Source: Scenedesmus sp. PABB004 (lineage: Eukaryota). Taken from it: a stretch of DNA of 64,000 bases. The position numbers were made by a program, and so were the translations under genes. Of the stretch, positions 22,721-34,776 are shown in pieces. Positions within the stretch are counted from its first letter, which is position 1. Each line of letters begins with the position of its first letter. The notes under the pieces are model-generated. The model was given only the letters and a program-made list of their open reading frames with translations. It ran no database searches and was not told where the DNA came from. Location: positions 186,001 through 250,000 of the forward strand of contig JABVCE010000007.1 of assembly GCA_014905635.1 (NCBI GenBank), given 5' to 3'.

Positions 22721-25700
22721 TCAGTTGTACGACTCCGGCACGCCGCCGGGGACGGGGAAGGTGAAGTTGGGGCAGGGGCCCGCTTGCTTGTCCTCTGCCA
22801 GCGTGGGGCACTTGTACCAGACCACCTTCATGCAGCCGATGTCCTCGTGCTGCGCGGGGCGGCGATCAGACGGGGAGCGCAGGGGTGAGAGCAGAGTGAG
22901 CAACGTTTTGCCCCTGCAGTGGCACCGCGGGAGTCGGCCGGAACGGCCAGCACCCCCGCGGTGTGGCGGCGCGGCGCTCACCTGCAGGAAGTGGCAGTGC
23001 ATGACCGTGTAGCCGCTGTACTGCCCCGGCTGGAAGCGCAACGGGATGGGGGTCTCGGTGTACTCCACCGCGACCATGGGCAGGTTGAGCGTGTCGTGGA
23101 AGTCGCCAACCTCAAACCAATTGGTGAAGCGGCTGCCCGGCATGAGGATGGTGTTGTTGAGTGCCTGGATCTGATAGGGGTTGATGTGCACGTGCATGGG
23201 GTGGAAGCCCATGTCATAAAAGTTCCACTGCACCACCTGTGGCGGGGCAGCAGCGGTGAGCGGCGACGGACAGCGGCAACGGACAACAACCGACGGACAA
23301 CGGCCGACCGACAGCGGCCGGCGGCAACAGCGGCGGGGAGCGGCGCTGGCGGCACGGCGGTCACCTTGCCCAGCGGCAGCGTCAGCGGGTTGCTGTCAGG
23401 CAGGGAGAACGTCTCGACTGCGTCCCTGTCGTCGCCGCTGGTAACGCCGCACGCGATGGCAAACAACTCCTGCGGCTCGGGCGTGTTTGGCAGGAAGATG
23501 GCACCGAAGCCCAGCGTGTAGGCGTAGATGTCGGCGGGGTCGTAGCCTGGCGCGCGCGCGGGCAACACGGGAGGGGACAGCAGGTGGGGGGCAGCGTGGG
23601 GAGGGGCGTGGCGGACCCTGCGGCCGCGCAGGCACGCGCGCTAGCGTGCCGCGCGCGCCCTGCACCCACGCCCCTCCGCGCTGCCGCGCGCGGCGCACGT
23701 GCGGCTTTCAGGGCCTCGTCGCGTAGGTCGGTGGCGTACGCGGGGCGCAGCGGCGTGCAAGCGCGCTCCACGAGCGGCGCCGTCAGCACTTTTGGCACGC
23801 CAGGCGGCCGCGCTGTGAGCTTGATTGTGAAGATCTTGTCCTGCAACCCGGGCAGAGGGCAGGGGTGTTTTTTTGGGGGGGGGCACATGCGGCCCCCTCA
23901 AGGGTAAAGGAGTGCGGCAGGCCCCAACGCTGAGCCCGATTCACACCTGGAACAAGTGGATGTGCTGGAAACGGCCGACAGGAAAGTCGTCGCCCTGCCA
24001 GCCGAAGCAGTTGTCTGAAAAGGGCTGGCATTCGCGCGCCGTGGCGACAAACGTGTCGCCCGGGCGGCCGCGGCAGCGCACGAGCAGCTCGGCGCGGTTG
24101 GCTGAGGCAAAGAACATCGCGTCCACGCGGCGGGGCAGAGACATGAGGTACACGCCGTCCTTGGCGTACAGCTGCAGCTCGCACGCGTTGGTCGTCTTGT
24201 TTGTGGCCGCGTCATAAAAGGAAAACACCATGAAGCCCTGCGCGCGCGTGCGTGGCGGGCGTGCGCGCGGGCGCGTCAACAGGGGCGGCCGCGGGACGAG
24301 CCTGCGCCGTGCGCGCCCAGGCGAGCCCGCCTGTCTGCTGCCGTGCCTTGATCCCGCTGAACAGCATCCGCCAGCGCTGCCACACGCCCTCCGGCATGTT
24401 ATGCACCGGCTGGTAGCCACTGTGTGGCGCGAGGGCGGCAGCGGGCGCACGACGGGGCTCAGCGCGGCCAGTGCAAACAACCAACGCCCTCGGCGCGGAC
24501 GCGCACGTGCGCGTGTCCATGGGCTGGGCGGCGCGCCCGCCGCGGCTGCGCCTCGCCGCCCGCTCTTGGGCGCCGCCGCAGCCCTCCCCGCGCACGCGGT
24601 CAACCCGCGCACCCGTTGACCATCAACACGTCTTGGCCGCGCCCGCGCACCGCGGTGCCGCGCGGGCGGTTGGCGCCGGTCGAGTAGCGGTCCGCAGGGT
24701 CACTGATGTTGCCATAATACTGGAACGGGCCTGAGGGGGCGGGGGCAGGGGCGGGGGCGGGGGCGGGGGCGGGGGCGGGGGCGGGGGCGGGGGCGGGGGC
24801 GGGGCGGGGGCGGGGGCGGGGGGGGCGGGGGCGGGGGGGCGGGGGTGGGGGCGGTGCGACGTCTTGAGACAGTGTCGGGCTCGCAGCAAGCGGCGGCGCG
24901 TGTGCACCCGCAGACGTGCACTGCGCGCCGCCGGCTAGCGCGACGCCACACGCTGTCTGGCGCCCAGGCAGCAGCGCGCCCGAGTGCGCCTCAAGCACAC
25001 ACGCCCACACGCACGCACCGTTGTTGACCTGGTCGGCGTAGCGGCTGAACGTGGTGTACCTCTTGGGTATTTGCGGCGGCAGCGGCGGCGCCGTCGCACG
25101 GGGCGGGTCGGCGTTGCGGAAGTAAAACAGGGTCATGTCAAACAACACCTCCTGGGCGGCCTCGATCACGGTGCGGAAGTTGGCACAGCCGGTGCGGGGC
25201 GGGAGCCAAAAGTCGTTGTCATCCTCAACGATGATCAGGCCGTGGGCGGTGCCGACCTGGCGGCGCGGCAACGGCGGCGGGCGGCGGTGGTTTGGCCACG
25301 GCGCGGCAATGCATGGGCTGGGGCGCGCACGCAGCGCGCCTGCAGCGAGGTCGACCCGTGCTGGTGGGGGTGCATCCAGTGGAGGCCGGGCAGGTGGGTG
25401 GTGGGGATCTGCGGCCGCGGGTGGTGACGCTCGCGGGCGAGCGCGCGCGCCGCGTGCCGTCGCCCCCGCCGCCTCGGCTCGCCCGCCGGCGCTGTCAAGC
25501 CGAGCAGCTGTCGCGCAGCGCACCTTGAGATTGAAAATCCTGGTGTCTCCCTTCTCCCTGGTGCTGTTGCGGGCCTTGATGGTGAAAAATGGGTTGTCGC
25601 CCAGCACGTACGTGCCCGCCGTGTCCTGAGACGGCACGCCCAGCTCGGCGTGGATGCCGTGGGTGTGCACGTTGGTGTTGCCGGGGTTGTGGTAAAAGTC

Positions 25701-26580
25701 CTCCGTGTCCGACTGGGTGTCCTGCACCAGCATGTTGGTGACCTTGATGCTGCGACGCGGCAGTGGGCGTGGGGCGTGGAGCGTGGGGTGCAGGCGCGTG
25801 GGTGCGCAGGCGCGGAGCACACCGGAGCGGGCGCGGTGGCCGAGGGACCCCAAGGGCGAGGCAGGCCCCGGGGCCTCCGCGCGGCGCGGCACAGCGCGGC
25901 GCAGCGCGGCGTCGAGTGACTCACACGTAGGGCGAGCCGCGCTTGACGCGCATCGTCGGCGCAAACATCTGCATGCGTGCACACGGGCGGGGGGATTGAG
26001 CACGTGAGACGGTGGGCCGCGCGCGCGGGTACCGCGGGGCGCAGCCGGCGCGTGCGTGTGCGCCTCACGTGGGCACGGCCCGTGAGGTCGTCCACATAGG
26101 CCGCTGCCGTCATCCTGAACAGCGGCGTGCCCGGCTGGTTGACGGGGCCCTGCGCCCAACGCGCGCGCGTGCGGGGTGGGTGGGGTGGGTGGGGTGGCGG
26201 GGGCGTCGCGGGCGCGCCCCGCGGAGGGGCTGCGACGCGTGCCGCCCGCCCGCGTCCCCTCGCCGATACAAGCACACACAAGCCCACCCTCAGCCACGCG
26301 CCTTGAACGTCACCGGCGCGAGCGTGAGACTGAGAAAGTTGACCGGGGTCTTTGGTGCCAGCGAGTCGGCGCCGGGCAGGCGGTCGAGGTCATACTCGGC
26401 AGGGAACTCATACGTGTGGTACACCTCGGCCGGGGCCCCCAGAGGCTCGCTGCCCGCCTGGGCCAGCTCCCGGAGGAGCGCGCGGTGATGCGCGGCGCCC
26501 GGCGCCGGCGCCGATGCGGCCGCCAGCAGCAGCAGCAGCAGCAGGCGAGCGCGCCCGTGGTGTGTGGCCGCGCAGTCCAT
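22721..26580 (-). CDS. Secreted multicopper oxidase, copy 1, multi-exon
   Basis: Signal peptide LLLLLLLAAA; four Cu motifs NTNVHTHG, WMHPHQHG, HPMHVH, MHCHFLQ|HEDIGCM; also LMVNG, KDG and NRAELLV. Confidence 0.93.
24735..24853. repeat. (GGGGGC)n hexamer tract in an oxidase copy-1 intron
   Basis: Direct reading; copies 2 and 3 have only ~2 units at this site. Confidence 0.9.
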
Positions 26581-27741
26581 GCCGGTCGCCTGCGCGGACT
26601 GGCTAGGCGACCATAGGGACGACGTGTGCTGGCTGGTCATGGAGCGCAGGTGGCCGGGCTGCGCGCGCCAGGCGGCGGCAGCAGCAGCAGCAGCGGCGGC
26701 CTGGCTGGCCCAAAGCAATATGAGCGCTGCAGAGGCGCCGAGATGCGCAAACGGTGAATATCCGCTTTCGCCGCGCGGGGGAGCAGGAAGGTGCGGGAGG
26801 GCAGAGAAAGAGGCTTGTTCTAACATCGTTCCCGCTGGCAGGCCACTGCCGCCCGCAGCTCGCCGTACGGTCGGCCGGTGCGACAGTGAGCTGCACGTCA
26901 CCATGGGCACACTGCGAGGCGCGATCGCCGCCGAGTCACCGCCGCTGTCGGCGCGCGCGGTGCTGATGCGGGGGCAGCCCGCAGCACACGGGCGGCGGCC
27001 GCTCGGCGGTGGCAGCGATGCCGCTGCGCGCGTGTTGCACAGCGCTGTAGCCGTTCGCCGCGCCGCCCACCGAGCCACTCGCTACGCCGCCTGCCGCCCT
27101 CACCGCGGAGAAGCGCGGCATGCCAGCGGGCCCCGCAGCGAACGACCGTTCTGCGCCGCTCCAGCACTGCCCGGCGACCACCAGGCCAGGAGCAGCCCGG
27201 CACCGCGCCGCGCCTCGAACCCAACGCGCCGCTTGGCCGCGGTAGCCCCGGCGCGCCGTTCTCGCGCGCCGGGCCCCGGCGCGCCGTTCTTGCGCGCCGG
27301 GCGTTGTACTCCGCCATGCCCACCCGCGCACCAGCGCCGGCGACAACACAAGCGTCAGCGCCGCACAAGCCTTGCGCGCGCTGAGCCCGAGCCTAAAACG
27401 CGCGAGCCGACCAGCCAACTCACACGTGCCTGGTACGGCATTCAGCGGCGCGGACCCAGCAAATGCATGCAGCCCCTGCCTGGGGTCAGGGATCAGTGCG
27501 CGACTGTTTGACGTGTGTATGCACTAAAAGCGCTGTTCGAGCGCCGTTCGAGCGCTGTTCTAGCGTTGTTCTTGCGCGTAGCGAGCCGGGTGCTCCTGCA
27601 CGCCAGCCCACGATTCTGCCGTCCCATGTTGTGCACAAAAGAACGCAGCAAACAAAGCCTTTGCGGATCTCTCCGTAGCGCCCGCAACACCGAGCAAAAC
27701 CAACGGCCGCCGCCCGCTCCGCCGCGCGGCGCTGCGCGCGC

Positions 27742-28908
27742 TCACGCGCCGCTGAGCACGTAGCCGGACGGCTGGGTGCAGCTGACGCCGTTGGGGAACT
27801 TGGAGCGCGGGTAGCCGAGCGCATACGTGTTGCCCGGCTCGACGTTGAACACCGGGCAGTAGCAAGTGTAGGGCGAGCCGTCAAAGGCCCGGCGCCTGTA
27901 GCACGCCGCGGTCATGCAGTCGGCCAGGATGCTGGAGCCATCCGCCGCGCCCGTGCAGACCGCCGCGCCCTGCGGGCACACGGCGTGGCGCGGCACGCGG
28001 CGCGCGTGGGGCGCGCACGAGCGCGCATGCGGGGCCGGGCGGCCGCTCGCGCGGCAGGCCCTGCCGGGAGGGGCCAGGCCGCGGCGGGCGCACCTGGTCG
28101 GCGTACGCGGTGAACGTGGAGATGAAGGGCCACTTGCCGCCATAGATCGTGCTGCGCGCGGCAGGGCGGCGGGCCGGCACTGGTCAGCGACTGGGCAGCG
28201 GCGTTCGGCGGGGCGGCGCGTGCGCGCGCCGCGCCGTCCGCGGCCGGCGGCGCGCACCCCTCGTTGATGGCCTTGCACACGGGCGCCGAGTTCACGGTGA
28301 CGCAGGTGTTGTTTGCGGTCGTGATCGGGTCCTGGCCACCGAAGCAGGCCGTGACGGTGGCGTTGTACACGCTCGCGCTCTTGATGATGTTGGGCGTCAC
28401 CAGGCTGATGCCGACCGGCGCCGTGACGGTGCGCGTGGGGCTTAGGCACCCGCACGCCGCCTGGAGGGGCACGTTGGCGGTGCCGGTGCCGGGAATAATG
28501 GTGCAGTTGGCCACGCTGCACAGCACGAAGGGGCCTTCGCAGCGTGGCCAGTTGTTGGGGTTGACTGCGGCGCAGGGTGGCGGGCGCTGCGTGAGCAGCG
28601 GCGGCAGGCGAGCGGGGAGCGCGCTGCGCTGTGCACGCACTCGGGGGGTCGAGCACTAGGCGCGTGTAGTCCTGGTAAGTGGGGATGCAGGGCCGCCTCC
28701 AGGGCGCGGAGCCGCACTCGCGGCCCCTGCCGCCCTTGTGGTGGTCCTTGTGGCCGCCATGGCTCCCATGCGCCGGCTGGGCGGCCGCGACGGAGGCCGC
28801 GTCATTATCGGCGGGCGAGGGCTGGGCGTGCGCGGCCAGGAGCGCGCACAGGAGCGCGGCAAGGGCGAGCGCATTGCGCCAGACGGCGGTGCGGCGAGCG
28901 CCCGCCAT
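27742..28908 (-). CDS. Secreted His-rich/Cys-rich protein of unknown function, copy 1 (4 exons)
   Basis: Signal peptide; HGSHGGHKDHHK; CEGPFVLCSVANC, CGC, NSAPVCKAIN, ISTF, ADCMTAAC, CYCP; 16 Cys in the mature chain; three phase-consistent GT-AG introns. Confidence 0.9.
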   Translation of the reverse strand: MAGARRTAVWRNALALAALLCALLAAHAQPSPADNDAASVAAAQPAHGSHGGHKDHHKGGRGRECGSAPWRRPCIPTYQDYTRLVLDPPSACTAQRAPRSPAAAAHAAPATLRRSQPQQLATLRRPLRAVQRGQLHHYSRHRHRQRAPPGGVRVPKPHAHRHGAGRHQPGDAQHHQERERVQRHRHGLLRWPGPDHDRKQHLRHRELGARVQGHQRGVRAAGRGRRGARTRRPAERRCPVADQCRPAALPRAARSMAASGPSSPRSPRTPTRCARRGLAPPGRACRASGRPAPHARSCAPHARRVPRHAVCPQGAAVCTGAADGSSILADCMTAACYRRRAFDGSPYTCYCPVFNVEPGNTYALGYPRSKFPNGVSCTQPSGYVLSGA

Positions 28909-29862
28909 GGTGGAGGCTAGGATGGCACGTTTCTATTTCAGTATAAGGAAGGGAATGGCCTACGAGGCGTGCGCGGCGAAGGCGCGTGGCTGTGCGCCGC
29001 GCCGGCCGGGCGCTCGCTGATGTTCAGCGTTGCGCCCCGCCTTCCACGGGAAGTTCTGCCCGGCCGCCTCGCCAGCTCTGCTGGCTGGCGATCATCTGCC
29101 GGTCGCAATGGGCGCGCTGCGAGGCGCGATTGCCGCGAGTCACCGGCGCGGCGCGGCGCCGCCCGCTACGCTCGAGCTGGCGGCGCGCCCGGAGCTTGCG
29201 CGAGGTTGCAGCGCCGCCGGCGGGGCCTCGGCGGGTGGCAGCGGTGGCGCGCGCGGCAGCAGCCAGCACGCGCCGCGCACCGCGCTGCTAGCTACTGCGG
29301 TCACCGGTGCATGCGCCGCGCACCACCAGCGCGCGCGGCGGCGCTGGAGCACGGCACGCACTGCAGCTGGGCGCTGTCCGCGCACGCAGCGAAACAGCGG
29401 TGCCCGCCACAAGCGCTCATCCGTGACCGCCTGTCCCGCAACAAAGGCAAACCCTATGCTGACAAATGTCGACATTCCCTTACAAATCGCTTAGAAATCA
29501 CGCCACAACGTTCGTGAGGCAACAGGCATCTCTGATTCCTGTTCAAGATCCCCCCTCCCCCCGCGTAGGCGCGAAGCGCACATGAGCCGCCTGCGGCCAA
29601 TGTGCACAGGAAAGCCGACACGCACAGCGCGCGCGTGTCGCGGTCGGGCGGCGCACGCTGTTTGCCGCACGTTCCGTTTAGTGACGTGCGCCTTGCGGCA
29701 ACACTCTGCCCGACCCTGAAGCGTGACAAATACAGATATGTGACGTGCCCGCGCCTGCACCCGAGCCTCAAGAGCGAGTCATGCTATCATTGCGTTTGAG
29801 ACCGCGCGGTCACGCTCACGCGCCTGGCCGCGCACCTGGCGCATGGCGCGCCGGCGCGCAGC

Positions 29863-32800
29863 TCAATTGTACGTCTCCCGCACGCCGCCGGGGATGGGGA
29901 AGGTGAAGTTGGGGCAGGGGCCCGCTTGCTTGTCCTCTGCCAGCGTGGGGCACTTGTACCAGACCACCTTCATGCAGCCGATGTCCTCGTGCTGCGCGGG
30001 GGCGGCGATCAAACGGGGAGCGCAGGGGTGAGAGCAGAGGTGTGAGAGCAGGAGTGAGCAACGTTTTGCCCCTGCAGTGGCGCCGCGGGAGTCGGTCGGA
30101 ACGGCCTGCACCCCCGCGGCGGGGCGGCGCGGCGCTCACCTGCAGGAAGTGGCAGTGCATGACCGTGTAGCCGCTGTACTGCCCCGGCTGAAAGCGCAGC
30201 GGGATGGGGGTCTCGGTGTAATCCACCGAGATCATGGGCAGGTTGAGCGTGTCGTGGTAGTCGCCGACCTCAAACCAGCTGGTGAAGCGGCTGCCCGGCA
30301 TGAGCATGGTGGTGTTGAGCGCCTGGATCTGATAGGGGTTGATGTGCACGTGCATGGGGTGGAAGCCCATGTCATAAAAGTTCCACTGCACCACCTGTGG
30401 CGGGGGTAGCAACGGTCCGACACGGCGTACAGCGGTCAGCGGCGACCGACAACAGCCGACGGACAGCGGCCGGTGGCAACAGCGGCGGCGAGCGGCGGCG
30501 CTGGCGGCGCTCAGTCACCTTGCCCAGCGGCAGCGTCAGCGGGTTGCTGTCGGGCACGGAGAACGTCTCGGCTGTCTCCCTGTCGCTGCCGCTGGCAATG
30601 CCGCACGCGATGGCGAACAACTCCTGTGGCTCGGGCGTGTCCGGCAGGAAGATGGCACCGAAGCCCACCGTGTAGGCATAGATGTCGGCGGGGTCATAGC
30701 CTGGCGCGCGCACGGCAGCACGGGGGGGGGGGGGCGTGGGAAGGGGCGCGGCGACTCGAGTGGCAGCACGGGCGCGCGCTGCCGCCCTGCGCCCTGCGCC
30801 ACGCCCGGCGCACGTGCGGCCTTCAGGGCCTCGTCGCGTAAATCGGTGGCGTAAGCGGGGCGCAACGGCTTGCAAGCGCGCTCCACGAGCGGCGCCGTCA
30901 GCACTTTTGGCACGCCGGGCGGCCGCGCCGTGAGCTTGATCGTGAAGATCTTGTCCTGCAACCCGGGCAGAGGGCAGGTGTGTGTGTGTGGGGGGGGGGG
31001 CAAGGCGGGCTCGAACATGCTGCCCTTGGGGGCTGCATGGGGCGGCGCGCCCACCCCACACTGACATTCACACCTGGAACAAGTGGATGTGCTGGAAACG
31101 GACGACAGGTAAGTCGTCGCCCTGCCAGCCGAAGCAGTCGTCTGAAAAGGGCTGGCATTCGCGCGCCGTCGCGACAAACGTGTCGCCCGGGCGGCCGCGG
31201 CAGCGCACGAGCAGCTCGGCGCGGTTGGCTGAGGCAAAAAACATCGCGTCCACGCGGCGGGGCAGAGACATGAGGTACACGCCGTCCTTGGCGTACAGCT
31301 GCAGCTCGCACGCGTTGGTCGTCTTGTTTGTGGCCGCGTCGTAAAAGGAAAACACCATGAAGCCCTGCGCGCGCGTGCGTGGCGGGCGCGCACGCGGGCG
31401 CGTCAACGGGGGCGGCCGCGGGACGCGCTGGCGCCGTGCGCGCCGCGCGTGAGCCCGCCCGCCCGCCCGCCGTGCCTTGATCCCGCTGAACAACATCCGC
31501 CAGCGCTGCCACACGCCCTCCGGCATGTTATGCACCGGCTGGTAGCCACTGCGCGGCAAGGGGGCGGAGGCACGACGGGGCTCAGCGCCGACCACTGCAG
31601 ACAGCCAGCGCCCTCGGCGCGGACGCGCGCGTGCACGCGTCCAAGGGTTGGGCGGTGCGCCCACCGCGGTTGCGCTTCGCCGCCCGCTCTTGGCTGGGCG
31701 GCGCCGCAGCCCTCCCCGCGCACGTGGTCAACCCGCGCACCCGTTGACCATCAACACGTCCTGGCCGCGCCCGCGCACCGCGGTGCCGCGCGGGCGCTTG
31801 GCGCCGGTCGAGTAGCGGTCCGGGGGGTCACTGATGTTGCCATAGAACTGGAACGGCCCTGAGGGGGCGGGGGCGGCGCGTGTGCAAGCGCAGACGTGCA
31901 CTGTGCGCCGCCGGCTAGCGCGCAGACACACGCTGTCTGGCGCCCAGGCAGCAGCGCGCCCGAGTGCGCCTCAAGCACACACGCCCACACGCACGCACCG
32001 TTGTTGACCTGGTCGGCGTAGCGGCTGAACGTGGTGTACTTTGTGGCATATTCTGGCGGCGGCGGTGCCGTCGCACGGGGTGGGTCGGCATTGCGGAAGT
32101 AAAACAGCGTCATGTCAAACAACACCTCCTGGGCGGCCTCGATCACGGCGCGGAAGTTGGCACAGCCGGTGCGGGGCGGGAGCCAAAAGTCGTTGTCGTC
32201 CTCAACGATGATCAGGCCGTGGGCGGTGCCGACCTGGCGGCGCGGCAATGGCAGCGGGCGGCGGTGGTTTGGCCACGGCGCGGCAATGCGTGGGCTGGGG
32301 CACGCACATGCAGCGCAGCGCGCCTGCAGCGAGGTCGACCCGTGCTGGTGGGGGTGCATCCAGTGGAGGCCGGGCAGGTGGGTGGTGGGGATCTGCGGCC
32401 GCGGGTGGTGACGCGCGTGGGTGAGCGCCCGCCGTCCGCCGTCTGCCGCCGTTCCCGCCCCCGCCGCCTCGGCTCGCCCACCGGCGCTGCCAAGTCGAGC
32501 AGCTGTCGTGCAGCGCACCTTGAGATTGAAGATCTTGGTGTCTCCCTTCTCCCTGGTGTTTTTGCGGGCCTTGATGGTGAAAAACGGGTTGTCGCCCAGC
32601 ACGTACGTGCCTGCCGTGTCCTGAGACGGCACGCCCAGCTCGGCGTGGATGCCGTGCGTGTGCACGTTGGAGGACTTTTACCACAACCCCGGCAACACCA
32701 CGACGGAGGACTTTTACCACAACCCCGGCAACACCGTGTCCGACTGGGTGTCCTGCACCAGCATGTTGGTGACCTTGATGCTGCGCGGCAGTGGACGTGG

Positions 32801-33592
32801 GGCGTGGAGCGTGGGGTACAGGCGCGTGGGTGTGCAAGCGCGGAGCACGCCGGAGCGGGCGCGGTGGCCGAGGACCCCGAGGGCGAGGCAGGCCCCGGGG
32901 CCTCCGCGCGGCGCGGCGTCGAGTGACTCACACATACTTCGAGCCGCGCTTGACGCGCATGGTCGGCGCAAACATCTGCATGCGCGCGCACGGGCGGGGG
33001 GAGTGAGCACGTGGGGCGGTGGGCGGCGTGGCGCGCGCGGGCGCTGCAGCGCGCAGCCAGCGCGTGCGCAGCGCCTCACGTGGGCGCGGCCCGTGAGGTC
33101 GTCCACATAGGCCGCTGCCGTCATCCTGAACAGCGGCGTGCCCGGCTGGTTGACGGGGCCCTGCGCCCGGCGCGCGCGCGTGCGGGGTGGGGTGGGGTGG
33201 CGGGGGTGTCGCGGGCGCGTGCGCCGCGCGGCGAGGGGCTGCGGCGCGCGCCGCCCGCCCGCGTCCCCTCGCCGATACAAGCACACACAAGCCCACCCTC
33301 AGCCACGCGCCTTGAACGTCACCGGCGCGAGCGTGAGCGCAAGCGTATCGACCAGGGTCTTTGGTGCCAGCGAGTCGGCGCCGGGCAGGCGGTCGAGGTC
33401 ATACTCGGCAGGGAACTCATATGTGTGGTACACCTCGGCCGGGCTGGCAGCCTGGGGCTCGCTGCCCGCCTGGGCCAGCTCCCGGAAGAGCGTGCGGCGA
33501 TGCGCGGCGCCCGGCGCCGGCGCCGTCGCGGCCGCCAGCAGCAGCAGCAGCAGCAGGGGCGCGCGCCCGCGGTGCGTGGCCGCGCAGTCCAT
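29863..33592 (-). pseudogene. Multicopper oxidase copy 2, premature stop from a local inversion-duplication
   Basis: Same exon structure as copies 1 and 3, but reads QSDTVLPGLW* (stop 32714-32716) just before the first Cu motif HTHG. Confidence 0.8.
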
Positions 33593-34776
33593 GCCGGCCG
33601 CCGCCGGACTGGCGAGGCGACCGCGGGGACGACGTGGGCCGGCTGGGCGTGGAGCGCAGGCGGCCGGGCTGCGCACGCCAGGCGGCGGCAGCAGCGGCCT
33701 GGCTGGCCCAAAGCAATATGATTGCTGCCGAGTCGCCGGGATGGGGCACGAACGGCGAATATCCGTATCGCAGCGCGGGGCAGCCCAGAGCGCGCGGGAG
33801 GGCAGAGAAAGAGGCTTGTTCTAACATCGTCCCCCCCCCCCCCCACCGTGCACTGCCGCCCGCAGCTCGCCGTACGGTGCCCGGTTACCCAGTGAACTGC
33901 CGGGCGCCACAGGCGCACTGCCAGGCGCGATCGCCGCGAGGCACCGGCGCGGCGCCGCTGTGGCTCGCGGCCTGCGCGCGCGGCCTGCGCGCGCAGGCCG
34001 CAGCGCACGGCGGCGGATCCCCGGCGGGTGGCAGCGGTGCCGCTGCACGTTTCGCAATAGCGCTGTAGGCGCTCGCAGCGCCGCCCACCGAGCCACACGC
34101 CGCCCGCCGCCCTCGCCGCGGAGCGCTCTCCGCGGCGTGCTAGCGGGCCCGCAGCGGACGACCGCTCCAGCGCTGCCCGGTGGCCACCAGGCATGGCACA
34201 CGGGGCGACAAGAGTAGGCCGGCACCGCACCGCGCCCCGGACGCGCCCCGGACGCGTCTCGGACGCGCCTCGGACGCCCCACAACAACGTGCCGCTTGGC
34301 CGCGGTAGCCTCGGCTCGCAGTTCTCGTGCGCCGGGCGTTGTATTCCGCCAGGCCCACCCGCACGCCAGCCCGGCGACAACACAAGAATCAGCGCCGCAC
34401 AAGCCTTGGGCCGGGCTGAACCAAGCCTAACACCGCGCGAGCCGACCAGCCAACTCACGCGTGCCGGGGTGTGGCGTTCAGCGGCGCGGACCAAGCATGC
34501 ATGCAGCCCCTGCCAGGGGTCAGGGATCAGTGCGCGACTGTGTTGACGTGTGTATGCACTAAAAGCGCTGTTCGAGCGCCGTTCGAGCGCTGTTCTGGCG
34601 CTGTTCTTGCGCGCAGCGAGCCGGGTGCTCCCGCACGCCAACCCACGCTTCTGCCGGCCCATGTTGTGCACAAAAGAACGCAGCAAACAAACCTATGCGG
34701 AGCTCTCCGGACAGCCCGCAAAACCGAGCAACAACCTACGGCCGCCGCCCGCGCCGCCGCGCGGCGGTACGCGCGC

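Noticed and set aside
32671..32733. Direct repeat pair as a mini-CRISPR or target-site duplication
   Set aside because: It is the reverse complement of the resident exon sequence; only two units and no cas or transposon features.
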